Origin: Alphaproteobacteria bacterium
Lineage (GTDB): Bacteria; Pseudomonadota; Alphaproteobacteria; Rhizobiales; Devosiaceae
Length of the DNA stretch: 36,620 nucleotides
Reading direction: 5' to 3'
NCBI GenBank assembly: GCA_024279575.1
Contig: JAJRRJ010000045.1
Coordinates: 1 to 36,620, forward strand
This document shows, in pieces, positions 9,460 through 19,704 of the stretch. The notes below the pieces were generated by a model. The model worked only from the letters and a program-made list of their open reading frames with translations, did no database searches and was not told the DNA's origin. The translations under genes and the position numbers were made by a program. The stretch's first letter is position 1. Each line of letters starts with the position of its first letter.

Positions 9460-9774
9460 GTGAGCAATATAAACAAACCAATCGTGACAATCGATGTCAC
9501 AGGTCAAAATTCATTGACGGATCTGGCAGACTTTGTTGGAAAAACTGCAATGCCCAGAAAGCACCGCAGTAAATTTTGGGACGCCTACAAGTCCGCGACC
9601 CAAAGCAAATCAGCAGGCAATCAGCCACGGCGTGTATCTGACCTTTTGGGAACCGTGTTGGCGATTTCGGCCAGAACACGACGCATCGTTGCCCCCAGAA
9701 CCAAAGTTGAACTTGACGTTTTTGCCCCAAACGGCAATCGCGCTGTTCAACTCATCATTGGATATCGCGATTAG
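9460..9774 (+). CDS. hypothetical basic protein (104 aa)
   Basis: GTG start with an AGGAG 9 nt upstream. It fills an otherwise empty 400-nt gap. I recognise no family. Confidence 0.4.
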   Translation: MSNINKPIVTIDVTGQNSLTDLADFVGKTAMPRKHRSKFWDAYKSATQSKSAGNQPRRVSDLLGTVLAISARTRRIVAPRTKVELDVFAPNGNRAVQLIIGYRD

Positions 9775-9801
9775 TAACGGCAAAAAACTGTTTTAGAAGT
9801 G

Positions 9802-10716
9802 TTACTTATTGGATTTAGGCCGCATGTGCCCAAAAACCAACGGTCCCTCTTCTATTGATTTTGACCAGGATTCACGCGCCATTGCACGGTTTTTCATGCG
9901 CCTTGAAACAGGTAGATTCAGCGCAGCAACAAGGTTTTTATATTCTTTATGGGCGCCTAGATGCGAGACAGTCGCCATTCCACCCAAAGCAGGATCATCC
10001 AGTGGGTCAAACACAGTCATCCCAATCGGAAATAACGATCTGAATATAACCCGTTCACCAATGCCGTCCGCCACTCTGGCCCCAAGCCGCATGGCCAATT
10101 GCTCAATTCCTGATTGAACAAGCCGCATGTTGCGCGATGAAAGCATCGAAATTCTGTTGCGCGCCAATACCCAGTCAATTGTCTGCCCGTCAATAGACAG
10201 TCGCTCCTTGCGCGCCCTTTGCACCAGCCGCGCATAGTGGCTTAGTTCACGCGGCTCCCCGGTAATGGGGTCGACATGGGCCAACACATCCAGATCAATC
10301 AGACTGTCATTAAGGGGCGTAATCAACGTATCCGCCATGGAATGGGCGAGGCGCGTCAGATTAGTATCGAATCCGGGAGTATCAATAATCAAAAAATCAA
10401 AATCTTCTTCAACCTCAGCAACCGCCAGATTGAACACATCAAATTCTAGCTTCTGGTTGGTGGCCACAGAATCTCCACGCGAAAGAGGCAGTCTGTAATG
10501 GGTGGTTTGAGGAACATTCAGGGAGTGCGATTTAGACCAGTCCCGCCTGTTGCGAACATAATGAGTTAAAGTTTGCTGGCGCGAATCCACATCAATTGTT
10601 GCGACCCGATAGCCCGCATAAAGCAGAAAAATCGCCAAGTGAAATGCTGTAGTTGACTTCCCGGAGCCACCCTTTTCATTTCCCAAAACAATTACATGTG
10701 CGCTGCCTGAATTCAT
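9802..10716 (-). CDS. mipZ: division-plane positioning ATPase MipZ (ParA/MinD superfamily)
   Basis: VIVLGNEKGGSGKSTTAFHLAIFLLYAGYRVATIDVDSRQQTL closely resembles the N-terminus of Caulobacter MipZ (deviant Walker A). The ORF is open to 10791. The ATG at 10716 has a GGAG 6 nt upstream and gives the usual N-terminal length. Confidence 0.85.
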   Translation of the reverse strand: MNSGSAHVIVLGNEKGGSGKSTTAFHLAIFLLYAGYRVATIDVDSRQQTLTHYVRNRRDWSKSHSLNVPQTTHYRLPLSRGDSVATNQKLEFDVFNLAVAEVEEDFDFLIIDTPGFDTNLTRLAHSMADTLITPLNDSLIDLDVLAHVDPITGEPRELSHYARLVQRARKERLSIDGQTIDWVLARNRISMLSSRNMRLVQSGIEQLAMRLGARVADGIGERVIFRSLFPIGMTVFDPLDDPALGGMATVSHLGAHKEYKNLVAALNLPVSRRMKNRAMARESWSKSIEEGPLVFGHMRPKSNK

Positions 10717-10843
10717 ACGTTGCTCCGTCAGGACCATTAAATTGGCCTGTCCCTCACCCCAAACATACATCGCACTTAAAAACAGAAACAAGTGACTTGT
10801 TCAAAGCATCGGGTTAATTGCTTAACGGCTATTCAAAAGCCAA

Positions 10844-11269
10844 TTATATCAATCCAAGCGCGGCCAGTTCCACAGCCAATTCGGCGTCATTGCGATTTCC
10901 ATCTCCTTCTCCCAGATCCCCCGGAGCATCGCCATCGGCAAGGTAACGCCACCCCTGAAACGCTCGTTTGGGATTGGGGATTGTGCGAATAAGTTGAGGT
11001 TTCATGATGATATCACAACAATTGCGTCCCTCCTCATCAACCTCTTGGGCAAGGTCCACAATACTCTGCCGACACCGTATAGCGCCCTTTATTACCCAAT
11101 AAAGCGACCCCTGCCCGACAATTTCCTCCCTGCGTTTGGGGCGCATGCGCGTACGATGCAGATGGAACTCCCCGTTTTGCCCGGCAATTTTTACACATCG
11201 GGATTGTCGGTAATGCTCAAGCTCATCGACTGAAGAAATTCCCACACATAGCTTGATCATATGCAACAT
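10844..11269 (-). CDS. DUF1489-family protein
   Basis: The N-terminus MLHMIKLCVGISSVDELEHY and the 141-aa size match DUF1489 as I recall it. Its start overlaps the upstream GST stop (TAATG). Confidence 0.7.
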   Translation of the reverse strand: MLHMIKLCVGISSVDELEHYRQSRCVKIAGQNGEFHLHRTRMRPKRREEIVGQGSLYWVIKGAIRCRQSIVDLAQEVDEEGRNCCDIIMKPQLIRTIPNPKRAFQGWRYLADGDAPGDLGEGDGNRNDAELAVELAALGLI

Positions 11270-11928
11270 TATTTTGAAGCCTGAATAAAATCAATTTCAT
11301 CCTGTTGCACCACCCACGTCTCAGCGTTTGCCGCAGCCTCCCACTCCCCATATGCCCGGAGCGCATAAATTGCAGCAAAATAGTTTTCCAACGCTTGCGA
11401 ACTTTTTATGCCATAGGTTTTTATTCGGCTGGCGACGGGTGCAAACATCGCATCGGCAGCACAAAATTCCCCAAACAAAAATGGCCCCCTGAATCGTTTT
11501 AACAAAGGAACCAGCAAATTTTCCAGCTCCTGCATATCAGAAGCAATTTCAGTTTCATCAATCCGCCCGGGGAAATCCCCCCGCATATTCATCGGTGCAG
11601 CGTTTCGCAATGCACTAAACCCCCCATGCATGCGCGCCGAACAAACCCGCGCCAATGCGCGTTGCTCCATTTCTGCAGGCCAGATGCCGCGACGAGGAAA
11701 CCTGTCCGCCAGATATTCTATAATGGCAATAGTTTCATCAATCACCAGCTCTCCCTCTATCAGAACCGGCACAAAGCCTGAGGGCGTACGCTCCAGCAGA
11801 TTCTGCTTCCAGTATTCGCCATTGAGCAACAAAATTGCTTCATCAAACTCAATATTAAAATGTCGCAAAACCAGCCACGGGCGCAGCGACCAGGACGAAT
11901 AATTCTTATTTCCAATCAATAGCTTCAT
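11269..11928 (-). CDS. glutathione S-transferase family protein
   Basis: MKLLIGNKNYSSWSLRPWLVL...thioredoxin-like N domain followed by a helical C domain. The ORF track begins at a TTG (11940). The first ATG is at 11928. Confidence 0.85.
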   Translation of the reverse strand: MKLLIGNKNYSSWSLRPWLVLRHFNIEFDEAILLLNGEYWKQNLLERTPSGFVPVLIEGELVIDETIAIIEYLADRFPRRGIWPAEMEQRALARVCSARMHGGFSALRNAAPMNMRGDFPGRIDETEIASDMQELENLLVPLLKRFRGPFLFGEFCAADAMFAPVASRIKTYGIKSSQALENYFAAIYALRAYGEWEAAANAETWVVQQDEIDFIQASK

Positions 11929-11941
11929 CTGAATATCCAAT

Positions 11942-11969
11942 AAAAAAGCGCCCGAAACGGACGCTTTTT
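11942..11969 (-). terminator. rho-independent (potentially bidirectional) terminator
   Basis: The arms agcgcccg (11947-11954) and cggacgct (11958-11965) form 8 positions with one mismatch and a 3-nt loop. The stem is flanked by A6 on one side and T5 on the other. On the minus strand it reads stem then TTTTTT. It lies downstream of mgtE and the small ORF. Confidence 0.6.
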
Positions 11970-12014
11970 CTTAACAGCAATTGATAGGCTCACGCCAGTC
12001 AACTTATGAAAAAC

Positions 12015-12116
12015 TCAAATACCTGAGAATGCAGAAATCAAAAACCCCAGACCAATTAGTCCGGTAAAAGTCCAGGCGGCCGTTCGCCAACAAATAGTCT
12101 TCGCTTGAGCGGGCAT
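12015..12116 (-). CDS. candidate 33-aa single-pass membrane peptide
   Basis: ATG at 12116 preceded by AAGGAA (tcaaggaatactgtATG). It encodes MPAQAKTICWRTAAWTFTGLIGLGFLISAFSGI with one hydrophobic helix. It is on the same strand as mgtE, 144 nt downstream, and is followed by the 11942-11969 terminator. There is no homology evidence. Confidence 0.3.
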   Translation of the reverse strand: MPAQAKTICWRTAAWTFTGLIGLGFLISAFSGI

Positions 12117-12260
12117 ACAGTATTCCTTGATATCAGGTGAATGAACTTGCCCCCAAAACAGACAAGACCGAGCGTTTGTTAACGGCTCATTAAACAATTG
12201 AATTGCCCATGGCAATCACAATCTTTTTTCAGTGGATAACTTTGACTTTCACACGAAAAA

Positions 12261-13694
12261 TCAGGCCAACCCGAACCATTTCGCAGCCAAACCTAAAAAC
12301 ACGAAAAAACCAACTACGTCAGTAACAGTTGTTACAAAAGCACTTGAAGCAATTGCGGGGTCAGCACCAAACTTACTCAACCCCAGAGGAATAAGAATGC
12401 CGGACAAACCGGCGGCCAGCATGTTAACAACCATTGCAATTCCGATGACGACACCCAGCGCAAAGCTGGAAAACCAGATGGCTGTAACCACACCCGTTAT
12501 AATTGCAAAAATCACACCATTGACCAGCCCCACCAACGTCTCACGCACAATCAGTCGACGAAAATTGAATTGATCCAGATCCTGCGTTGAAATGGCCAGC
12601 ACAGTTACCGTCATTGCCTGAATACCTGCATTGCCACCCATGGAGGCAACAATGGGCATCAAAACCGCCAGTGCCACCATCTGCTGCAATGTCGCATCAA
12701 ACATGCCAATGACCACAGAAGCAAAAATTGCCGTCACAAGATTTACCCCAAGCCAGGTAACACGCGAACGCACCGCATCCCACACCCCCCCGGAAACCTC
12801 AGCCGCCCCAACCCCGGCAAGGTGAAGAATATCCTCTTCTGCTTCCTGATGGATAACATCAACAATATCATCAATGGTCAAAACACCCACCAGCCTGTTG
12901 GTCTCATCAACCACACCAACTTCCACCAGATCGAACCGCTCAAAAACCCGCGCGGCATCCTCCTGATCTTCCATTGCGTTTATTTCAATGACTTCCTCAA
13001 GCATAATTTGGGAAACAAGTACTTCCCGTTCAACACGAAGAAATTTATCAAGGGGCACGGTGCCGATCAGGGTATATGCCGGATCAACCACATAAAGCTG
13101 GTGAAACTCCTCCGGCAAATCCTCTTCCTTACGCAAATAATCAATTGTCTGGCCCACATTCCAGAATGGTGGAATTGCGATAAACTCACAATGCATCCGC
13201 CGTCCCGCAGAATCCTCGGGAAAATCCAGAGAACGCTTGAGCGACAGTCTTTCAAAGTCGGGGACCAGAGCCAGAATGGCCTCCCGATCCACCTCCTCAA
13301 TATCCTCAAGAATGAAAACCGCATCATCATTGTCGATGCTGGATACGCCACGCGCCACATCAGAATTTGGAAGTTGATCAATCAGTTCAACCCGCACAAC
13401 TTCATCAACTTCTGTTAGCGAAGAATAGTCAAAACTATCCCCCAGATATTTGACCAGTGCCAGCCTTTGTGAACTATTCAAGGCCTCAAGAACATCCCCG
13501 GCATCGGCCTCAGATAACGGTGCGAGTTTTTCCCGCAAGTCCATTTCCGCCCCCGCCTCAATCAGAGCGCTTACCTCTTCAATCCACTTGGCATCCAGGC
13601 GTCCTTCGTCGTCCAGCCAATCAGAATGGCGGGGGCGAATGGCGTGAGATGTTAAGCTGTCCAGGGGGTAATTCATAAAAAATCCGGTACTCAC
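12261..13694 (-). CDS. mgtE: magnesium transporter MgtE
   Basis: Acidic MgtE N-domain, a CBS pair, and a C-terminal 5-TM module with GNAGIQAMTVTV. The start is GTG at 13694. An alternative ATG (MNYPLD) lies 18 nt downstream. Confidence 0.93.
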   Translation of the reverse strand: MSTGFFMNYPLDSLTSHAIRPRHSDWLDDEGRLDAKWIEEVSALIEAGAEMDLREKLAPLSEADAGDVLEALNSSQRLALVKYLGDSFDYSSLTEVDEVVRVELIDQLPNSDVARGVSSIDNDDAVFILEDIEEVDREAILALVPDFERLSLKRSLDFPEDSAGRRMHCEFIAIPPFWNVGQTIDYLRKEEDLPEEFHQLYVVDPAYTLIGTVPLDKFLRVEREVLVSQIMLEEVIEINAMEDQEDAARVFERFDLVEVGVVDETNRLVGVLTIDDIVDVIHQEAEEDILHLAGVGAAEVSGGVWDAVRSRVTWLGVNLVTAIFASVVIGMFDATLQQMVALAVLMPIVASMGGNAGIQAMTVTVLAISTQDLDQFNFRRLIVRETLVGLVNGVIFAIITGVVTAIWFSSFALGVVIGIAMVVNMLAAGLSGILIPLGLSKFGADPAIASSAFVTTVTDVVGFFVFLGLAAKWFGLA

Positions 13695-13828
13695 TCAAAG
13701 CAGATTACCAAAAATCCGCTCATTATCTGAAATAATGGCTACCCATTGCATTCTTTGTTTAGCGGAAAAATGTCAACATTCGTTCAAAATAATTGCAACG
13801 CAACATCGGCTGGAATGTACAACGCAAC

Positions 13829-13856
13829 AAAAAAGGCCCCGCCAATGGCCGGGCCT
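13829..13856 (-). terminator. rho-independent terminator of acs
   Basis: The minus strand reads AGGCCCgGCCattGGCgGGGCCT followed by TTTTT. That is 9 bp of GC-rich stem with one C/C mismatch, 24 nt after the acs stop. Confidence 0.65.
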
Positions 13857-13879
13857 TTGAATAATTATAGCAATCCGTA

Positions 13880-15826
13880 TTATTTATTTTTGCGGTTTTC
13901 AATCAGATCATCAACCACTCCGGGATCCGCCAGCGTCGAGGTATCCCCAAGGTTGGAAAAGTCATCCGCTGCAACTTTACGCAAAATTCTACGCATAATT
14001 TTGCCAGACCGGGTTTTGGGTAAACCAGGTGCGAACTGAATAAAGTCCGGCGTACAAATTGGCCCGATCTCCTGGCGCACATGCATTTTAAGGTCCTTTT
14101 CCAGTGCTTGCGTCGGCTCAACTCCACTCATCAAAGTTACATAGCAGTAAATCCCCTGCCCCTTGATATCGTGAGGATAGCCCACCACCGCAGCCTCTGA
14201 AACTTTAGGGTGAGATACCAGCGCACTCTCAATTTCTGCTGTACCCATGCGGTGACCTGATACGTTCAGCACATCATCCACACGACCCGTAATCCAGTAA
14301 TAACCATCGCTGTCCCGACGACACCCGTCATCGGAAAAATAAAAGCCCTTATATTGTTCAAAATAGGTTGAGATAAATCGCTCGTGATCCCCATAGACCG
14401 TGCGCATTTGCCCAGGCCACGAATCACGAATTGCCAGAACCCCTTCTGCCTCCATAGTAGTGATTTCCTTACCCGTTTCAGGGTCTAGAACCACCGGTTG
14501 AATACCAAAAAATGGTTTGCTGGCCGACCCCGGTTTTGTTGGCGTCGCGGCGGGGAAAGCGGTAATCATTGAGCCGCCGGTTTCCGTTTGCCACCAGCTG
14601 TCAATAACCACACAATTGGAGTGGCCGACCTTTTCATAATACCATTTCCACGCCTCAGGATTAATTGGCTCCCCCACGGTCCCAATAACCTTTAGTGAAG
14701 ACAAATCAGCTTTCTCGACAAACTCATCCCCCGCGCCCATCAATGCGCGAATGGCAGTTGGAGCCGAATGGAAAATATTGATCTTGTACTTGTCCACAAC
14801 ATTCCAGAAGCGCGATGCATCAGGATATGTGGGCACACCTTCAAACATGACTGTTGTGGCCCCGTTGGCCAAAGGCCCATAAACCACATAAGAATGCCCG
14901 GTAACCCAACCAATATCCGCCGTGCACCAGTAGACTTCCCCCTGATGATAATCAAAGTTCATCTGTTGCGCCAAAGAGGCATAGGTGAGGTACCCGCCCG
15001 AGGTGTGTAAAACACCCTTGGGTTTCCCCGTTGAGCCGGAAGTATAAAGAATAAAAAGAGGGTCTTCAGCATTCATCACTTCAGGCTCACAAACGTCTTC
15101 CACCCCCTCCAGGGCATCGTTGAGCCAGACGTCACGCCCAGCAGCCATAGCAATATCGCCGCCGGTATTTTCTACCACCAGCACTTTTGAAACATCCCCT
15201 CCCTTTTCCAATGCGGCATCCACATTGGCCTTGAGGGGAATTGTTTTGCCCGCGCGCCGTCCCTCGTCCGCAGTAATGACAAATTCGGAATTACAATTCA
15301 CGATACGTCCCGACAATGCTTCTGGGGAAAATCCGGCAAAAACCACAGAATGAACAGCCCCGATACGCGCACAAGCCAACATGGCAAACGCCGCCTCAGG
15401 GATCATAGGCAGGTAAATAGTAACACGATCACCCTTTTTGACACCAATGCTTTTGAGAACATTGGCAAGCCTGGAAACACTTTTGTGCAACTCGTTATAG
15501 GTAATTATTCGAGAGGGATCACTTGGTTCATCGGGTTCCCAGATAATCGCAGTTTTATCCCCAAGCGCTTCGAGATGCCGGTCAATACAGTTTGCGCAAA
15601 CGTTAAGTTCACCATCCTCAAACCACTTGATTGAAACATCGGGATATTGAAAAGTAGTGTTTTTTACTTTGGTAAACGGCGTAATCCAGTCCAAACGCAA
15701 CGCCATCTCGCCCCAAAACCCATCAGGGTCGAAAATAGAGCGCGCATACATCTCCTCATATTGCGCCGCCGTGACCAGAGTGTTTTCAACAATGCTTGCA
15801 GGTGGGTTGTAAATCTTGCGTTCCAT
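13880..15826 (-). CDS. acs: acetyl-CoA synthetase (acetate--CoA ligase)
   Basis: 648 aa. The N-terminus has [17 protein letters not shown]...[20 protein letters not shown]. The AMP motif is [12 protein letters not shown]. The C-terminal [15 protein letters not shown] is typical of Acs. Confidence 0.97.
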   Translation of the reverse strand: MERKIYNPPASIVENTLVTAAQYEEMYARSIFDPDGFWGEMALRLDWITPFTKVKNTTFQYPDVSIKWFEDGELNVCANCIDRHLEALGDKTAIIWEPDEPSDPSRIITYNELHKSVSRLANVLKSIGVKKGDRVTIYLPMIPEAAFAMLACARIGAVHSVVFAGFSPEALSGRIVNCNSEFVITADEGRRAGKTIPLKANVDAALEKGGDVSKVLVVENTGGDIAMAAGRDVWLNDALEGVEDVCEPEVMNAEDPLFILYTSGSTGKPKGVLHTSGGYLTYASLAQQMNFDYHQGEVYWCTADIGWVTGHSYVVYGPLANGATTVMFEGVPTYPDASRFWNVVDKYKINIFHSAPTAIRALMGAGDEFVEKADLSSLKVIGTVGEPINPEAWKWYYEKVGHSNCVVIDSWWQTETGGSMITAFPAATPTKPGSASKPFFGIQPVVLDPETGKEITTMEAEGVLAIRDSWPGQMRTVYGDHERFISTYFEQYKGFYFSDDGCRRDSDGYYWITGRVDDVLNVSGHRMGTAEIESALVSHPKVSEAAVVGYPHDIKGQGIYCYVTLMSGVEPTQALEKDLKMHVRQEIGPICTPDFIQFAPGLPKTRSGKIMRRILRKVAADDFSNLGDTSTLADPGVVDDLIENRKNK

Positions 15827-15896
15827 TTCCCGTATGTCCTCAGATTTTAGGCCGTTGTCGTTCAGGGCAACGCGCGCTGCTTATTAAAGTCTTGAA

Positions 15897-16640
15897 TCAG
15901 ATAGCCAGATATTCATGCCGAAGTTGTTCATTTTCAAGCACTTCTTTTGCAGTCCCAGAGAAAGCAACTTCTCCCGTGTCCAGAATAACCGCGTGATCGG
16001 CCAGCTTCAACGCAGCTACCGCATTTTGCTCAACGATAATTGTTGTTATTCCAAGTTTCTTGATTTCCCTCAATATTTTTTCAATTTCCTGCACGATAAC
16101 CGGCGCCAACCCCTCATATGGTTCATCCAAAAGCAAAAGCTTTACATCGCGCGAAAGAGCACGGGCAAGCGCCAACATCTGCTGTTCGCCACCAGATAAG
16201 GTGGTGCCATCCTGTTTTCGTCGTTCACCCAGACGTGGAAAATGCTCATACACCTCCTCCGCCGACCAACCATGCCCCGGCGCAACCTGGGCAAGAAAAA
16301 GATTTTCTTCCACCGTCAGTCCCTGAATAATACGACGATCCTCTGGCACCAGCTGCACACCGCCAAGGGCCGCCTCGTGCGTCTTCATATTATGTAACGC
16401 CTGGCCATCCAGCCAGATTTCACCAGCAGTTACAACCGGATCATCAGTCCTTGCAATCGAGCGCAGAGTTGAGGTTTTCCCGGCACCATTGCGGCCCAGC
16501 AAAGCCAGAATTTTTCCCTCCTCAACGTCAAAAGACACATCTTGAACAATGTAACTTTCTCCATAATAGGAATGTACATTTTTAATGGAAAAAAACGGCT
16601 TGTTTTTGTTTGTCTGTTCACTCTGATCTTCCTGGGTCAT
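15897..16640 (-). CDS. ABC transporter ATP-binding protein (LivF-type, HAAT family)
   Basis: GRNGAGKTS Walker A, LSGGEQQMLALARAL signature, LLLDEP Walker B. It overlaps the upstream ATPase by 4 nt and lies 70 nt upstream of acs. Confidence 0.92.
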   Translation of the reverse strand: MTQEDQSEQTNKNKPFFSIKNVHSYYGESYIVQDVSFDVEEGKILALLGRNGAGKTSTLRSIARTDDPVVTAGEIWLDGQALHNMKTHEAALGGVQLVPEDRRIIQGLTVEENLFLAQVAPGHGWSAEEVYEHFPRLGERRKQDGTTLSGGEQQMLALARALSRDVKLLLLDEPYEGLAPVIVQEIEKILREIKKLGITTIIVEQNAVAALKLADHAVILDTGEVAFSGTAKEVLENEQLRHEYLAI

Positions 16641-17413
16641 TCGTAAGTCCCCCCCAAATATGCTTCTTGAACTTTGGGATCGCCACGCACTTCATCAGGT
16701 GTCCCCTCAGCAATAATACGCCCCTGCGCCAAAACCGAAACTTCATCCGCAAGTGAAAAAACCACATGCATATCATGCTCAATAATAACCTTGGTCATGC
16801 CGCTCGACTTGATCTTTTTAAGCAACTCGATCGTTGTGTTGGTATCATGCCGGGACATACCCGCAGTTGGTTCATCCAAAAGCAGTATTCGCGGTTTTTG
16901 AATAAGGCACATAGCAAGCTCCAGCCGACGCTTATGGCCGCGAGATAATGCTCCTGCGTGAGTATGAATCATTGCATCCAGTCCAAAATCAACAATAATT
17001 TCCTCAGCTTCCCGCGCAATATCCTTTTCGCTTTCAATTGACTTGAACAAATTCATACTAAAGGCACCATCTCGCTTGGCAAACGCCGGAGCCATCACGT
17101 TATCAAAAACCGAAAGCTCCGGAAAAATTTCTGGAGTCTGAAACACACGGGCAATCCCCATTTGATTAATCTCATATGGTGACTTTCCGGTAAGCACTTC
17201 ACCATCGAGTACAACTGTGCCCCGGGTCGGTGGCAATTTCCCAACAATCACATTCAGCAAAGTGGATTTCCCGGCCCCGTTAGGCCCGATGATTGCATGA
17301 GTTGTCCCCTCCTCAAACGCCAGATCAACATCGGCAAGCGCATGCAGGCCTCCAAATGTTTTGTGCACATCTGCCACATGGAGAACAGTATTATGTGAGG
17401 ATTCAACCATCAT
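16637..17413 (-). CDS. ABC transporter ATP-binding protein (LivG-type, HAAT family)
   Basis: GPNGAGKST Walker A, LSRGHKRRLELAMCL signature variant, LLLDEPTAGM Walker B, and a C-terminal VQEAYLG. Confidence 0.92.
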   Translation of the reverse strand: MMVESSHNTVLHVADVHKTFGGLHALADVDLAFEEGTTHAIIGPNGAGKSTLLNVIVGKLPPTRGTVVLDGEVLTGKSPYEINQMGIARVFQTPEIFPELSVFDNVMAPAFAKRDGAFSMNLFKSIESEKDIAREAEEIIVDFGLDAMIHTHAGALSRGHKRRLELAMCLIQKPRILLLDEPTAGMSRHDTNTTIELLKKIKSSGMTKVIIEHDMHVVFSLADEVSVLAQGRIIAEGTPDEVRGDPKVQEAYLGGTYE

Positions 17414-18579
17414 TATTCTCCCTTTTCTGAACTTGGTTTTGGCATGTTTTCAGGGTCGACCACTTCCTGGTCTTTAGTGGGGTCCTTTCTGCGTAAAAAC
17501 CAGCTTGAAATCCGCCTCACCCCTTCCATGATGCCGCCAGGCAGGAACACAACCACCAGAACAAACATCGAACCAAGGGTTAAGTGCCAGCCTTCGCCAA
17601 CAAACTTGGAGGAAATCAGCACCACGAAGCCCTCTATATTATCAGGCAGGAAAGCAAAGAAATTGTGCAATATGCTCTCGTTCCAGGCGGAGAAAATATT
17701 CTCAAAATACTTGATAATCCAGGCGCCAATTACTGGGCCAACCAGTGTGCCAACTCCCCCAAGAATAGTCATAAGAACCAATTCGCCAGAAGCCGTCCAC
17801 TGCATACGCTCAGCCCCCGCCAGCGGATCAGTTACAGCAAGAAGTCCACCCGCAATTCCCGCATACATGCCTGAAATAACAAAAGCTGTCAGCATATAGG
17901 GCTTGGTGTTAAAGCCGGTATAGTTCATGCGGTCTTCGTTGGATTTTATACCCTTAAGCATCATGCCAAATGGGGATGATGCAATTTTTTGAGCAATAAA
18001 AAATCCGATCAGTAAAATCACCGCACAGAAATAAAACCCCTCATACCCATTCATTGGAATACCAAAAAGGCTCGAAGTTGGCAGAGAAACACCGCGCTCC
18101 ATAAACATCAGGTCGATTGTTCTGGGGTCCTGCAAAGTCAATTGCAACCCGTTTTCACCATGGGTAATAGGGCTGAGAACTGAATAGGCGAGTTTATAAC
18201 TCATCTGAGCAAATGCCAGCGTGAGGATTGAAAAATAAATGCCGGAACGTCTCAGGGAAACATAACCGATCGCCAGAGCAAATATACCGGAAAATATCAT
18301 CGCACAGGCCAGTGCCAAAATCGGGTTCATCGACAAAAGCTTAAACGACCAGACAGCCGCATAAGAGCCGACTCCCAGAAAGGCTGCATGGCCAAAGCTG
18401 AGATAACCGGTCAAGCCAAACAAAATATTATAACCAACTGCCAGCAATGCATAGATTGCAAACTTTTGCAGCAATCCAGGGTAAGACGCACCAAATGGAC
18501 TTAACCAGATAGGCATGGTCAGAACAACGAGGGCAAACAGCAAAAACGTAATGGCGTCTTTTTTGGGAATACTAAACAT
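17413..18579 (-). CDS. ABC transporter permease (LivM-type)
   Basis: 388 aa, polytopic, with [16 protein letters not shown] typical of LivM-type permeases. Confidence 0.9.
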   Translation of the reverse strand: MFSIPKKDAITFLLFALVVLTMPIWLSPFGASYPGLLQKFAIYALLAVGYNILFGLTGYLSFGHAAFLGVGSYAAVWSFKLLSMNPILALACAMIFSGIFALAIGYVSLRRSGIYFSILTLAFAQMSYKLAYSVLSPITHGENGLQLTLQDPRTIDLMFMERGVSLPTSSLFGIPMNGYEGFYFCAVILLIGFFIAQKIASSPFGMMLKGIKSNEDRMNYTGFNTKPYMLTAFVISGMYAGIAGGLLAVTDPLAGAERMQWTASGELVLMTILGGVGTLVGPVIGAWIIKYFENIFSAWNESILHNFFAFLPDNIEGFVVLISSKFVGEGWHLTLGSMFVLVVVFLPGGIMEGVRRISSWFLRRKDPTKDQEVVDPENMPKPSSEKGE

Positions 18580-18580
18580 C

Positions 18581-19609
18581 TTAATTCTCCATCACGCCAC
18601 GTTTGCCCAGCAAACCACGAGGGCGCACCAGCAGAATAATAACTGCCACCAGATAAATAATGACCTGATCGATTCCGGGAATAATGTCCTTAACCTCCGT
18701 CATTGACGCAAGGGACTGAACCACGCCCAGCGTGAAACCAGCCAGAACTGCGCCCGGAAGCGAGCCCATACCACCCACCACCACAACGATGAATGTAAGA
18801 ACCAAAAAGTCCATACCAAGCGTGTAATCGGGCGGCAAAATCGGTGTGTACATCACACCGGCAACCCCGGCAACAACCGCAGCAATGCCGAACATAATGG
18901 TGAACCTTCTATCTATATTGATGCCTAGCATCGAGACGGTTTCCCTGTCCGACATGCCGGCCCGTACAACCATACCAAATGTGGTAAATCGTAAGAAAGC
19001 AAAAACAGCCCCGATCACCCCAAGAGAGAAGAACAAATAGACTAATCGCCATTTGGGGTAAGTTATAACATGTTCTGCCATTCCAACCATTACACCAAGA
19101 TCAGCAGCCCCCATAAACACCTGAGGTATCGGCTGAGGATTGGGGTTTGCACCAAAAAATGCCTTTACGATTTCCTGTAAAACAATCGCCAGCCCAAACG
19201 TCACCAGAATTTGTTCGGCATGGGGGCGCTTGTAAAAATGTTTAATCAGGCCTCGCTCCATTACAATGCCAATAAGCAACATGACGGGAATAGCCAATAA
19301 TATTGAAAGCGGTACCGAATAGTCGAGCAACACATTACCAAAATCACCAAACCATTGCTGGGCAAATGGCGTGCGGATTTCAAGTGGTGTCCCCCAGGGG
19401 GAAAGTTCGGTTTCGCTCAGAACCACTTTTTCAAGTGTCAAAATTTTACGGAATGTCACGGCACAAAACGCACCGATCATGAACAAAGCGCCGTGAGCAA
19501 AATTCACAACACCAAGAGTGCCAAAAACAAGGGTCAGCCCCAAGGCGATCAGCGCATACGCTCCGCCTTTATCAAGACCATTAAGGACCTGCAAAATTAC
19601 CGCGTCCAT
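18581..19609 (-). CDS. ABC transporter permease (LivH-type) with an insertion of about 50 aa after TM2
   Basis: N-terminus [48 protein letters not shown]. At 342 aa it is longer than the 291-aa LivH-type paralog at 33399-34274. The extra segment is [34 protein letters not shown]. Confidence 0.9.
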   Translation of the reverse strand: MDAVILQVLNGLDKGGAYALIALGLTLVFGTLGVVNFAHGALFMIGAFCAVTFRKILTLEKVVLSETELSPWGTPLEIRTPFAQQWFGDFGNVLLDYSVPLSILLAIPVMLLIGIVMERGLIKHFYKRPHAEQILVTFGLAIVLQEIVKAFFGANPNPQPIPQVFMGAADLGVMVGMAEHVITYPKWRLVYLFFSLGVIGAVFAFLRFTTFGMVVRAGMSDRETVSMLGINIDRRFTIMFGIAAVVAGVAGVMYTPILPPDYTLGMDFLVLTFIVVVVGGMGSLPGAVLAGFTLGVVQSLASMTEVKDIIPGIDQVIIYLVAVIILLVRPRGLLGKRGVMEN

Positions 19610-19644
19610 ATTTCCCCCCCGCTATGGAAAAAGTTGAGTTAAGT

Positions 19645-19672
19645 TATCGGAGCGACGAATGTCGCTCCGATA
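19645..19672. other. perfect 12-bp intercistronic stem-loop between the binding-protein gene and the first permease gene
   Basis: tatcggagcgac-gaat-gtcgctccgata, read directly from the sequence. It sits in the 95-nt gap between 19609 and 19705 and has no adjacent U-tract. Confidence 0.6.
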
Positions 19673-19704
19673 TGATTATTGATATTTTATTGTGCAGGTC
19701 TTTA

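Noticed and set aside
12015-12215. The 66-aa version of the small ORF downstream of mgtE given in the ORF track.
   Set aside because: It starts at a TTG without an SD, and its N-terminal half (PWAIQLFNEPLTNARSCLFWGQ) looks non-protein-like. Only the ATG-initiated 33-aa C-terminal version is retained, and that only as a low-confidence candidate.
12822-13418. 198-aa plus-strand ORF antisense to mgtE. Similar long antisense ORFs lie at 671-1081, 19644-20207, 22807-23166, 33027-33395, 33705-34145 and 33769-34227.
   Set aside because: All lie entirely inside well-supported genes on the opposite strand or in another frame. Their compositions are odd (Asn/Ile/Phe-rich or Cys/Trp/Arg-rich). None has a recognisable motif or SD. 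They are shadow ORFs.
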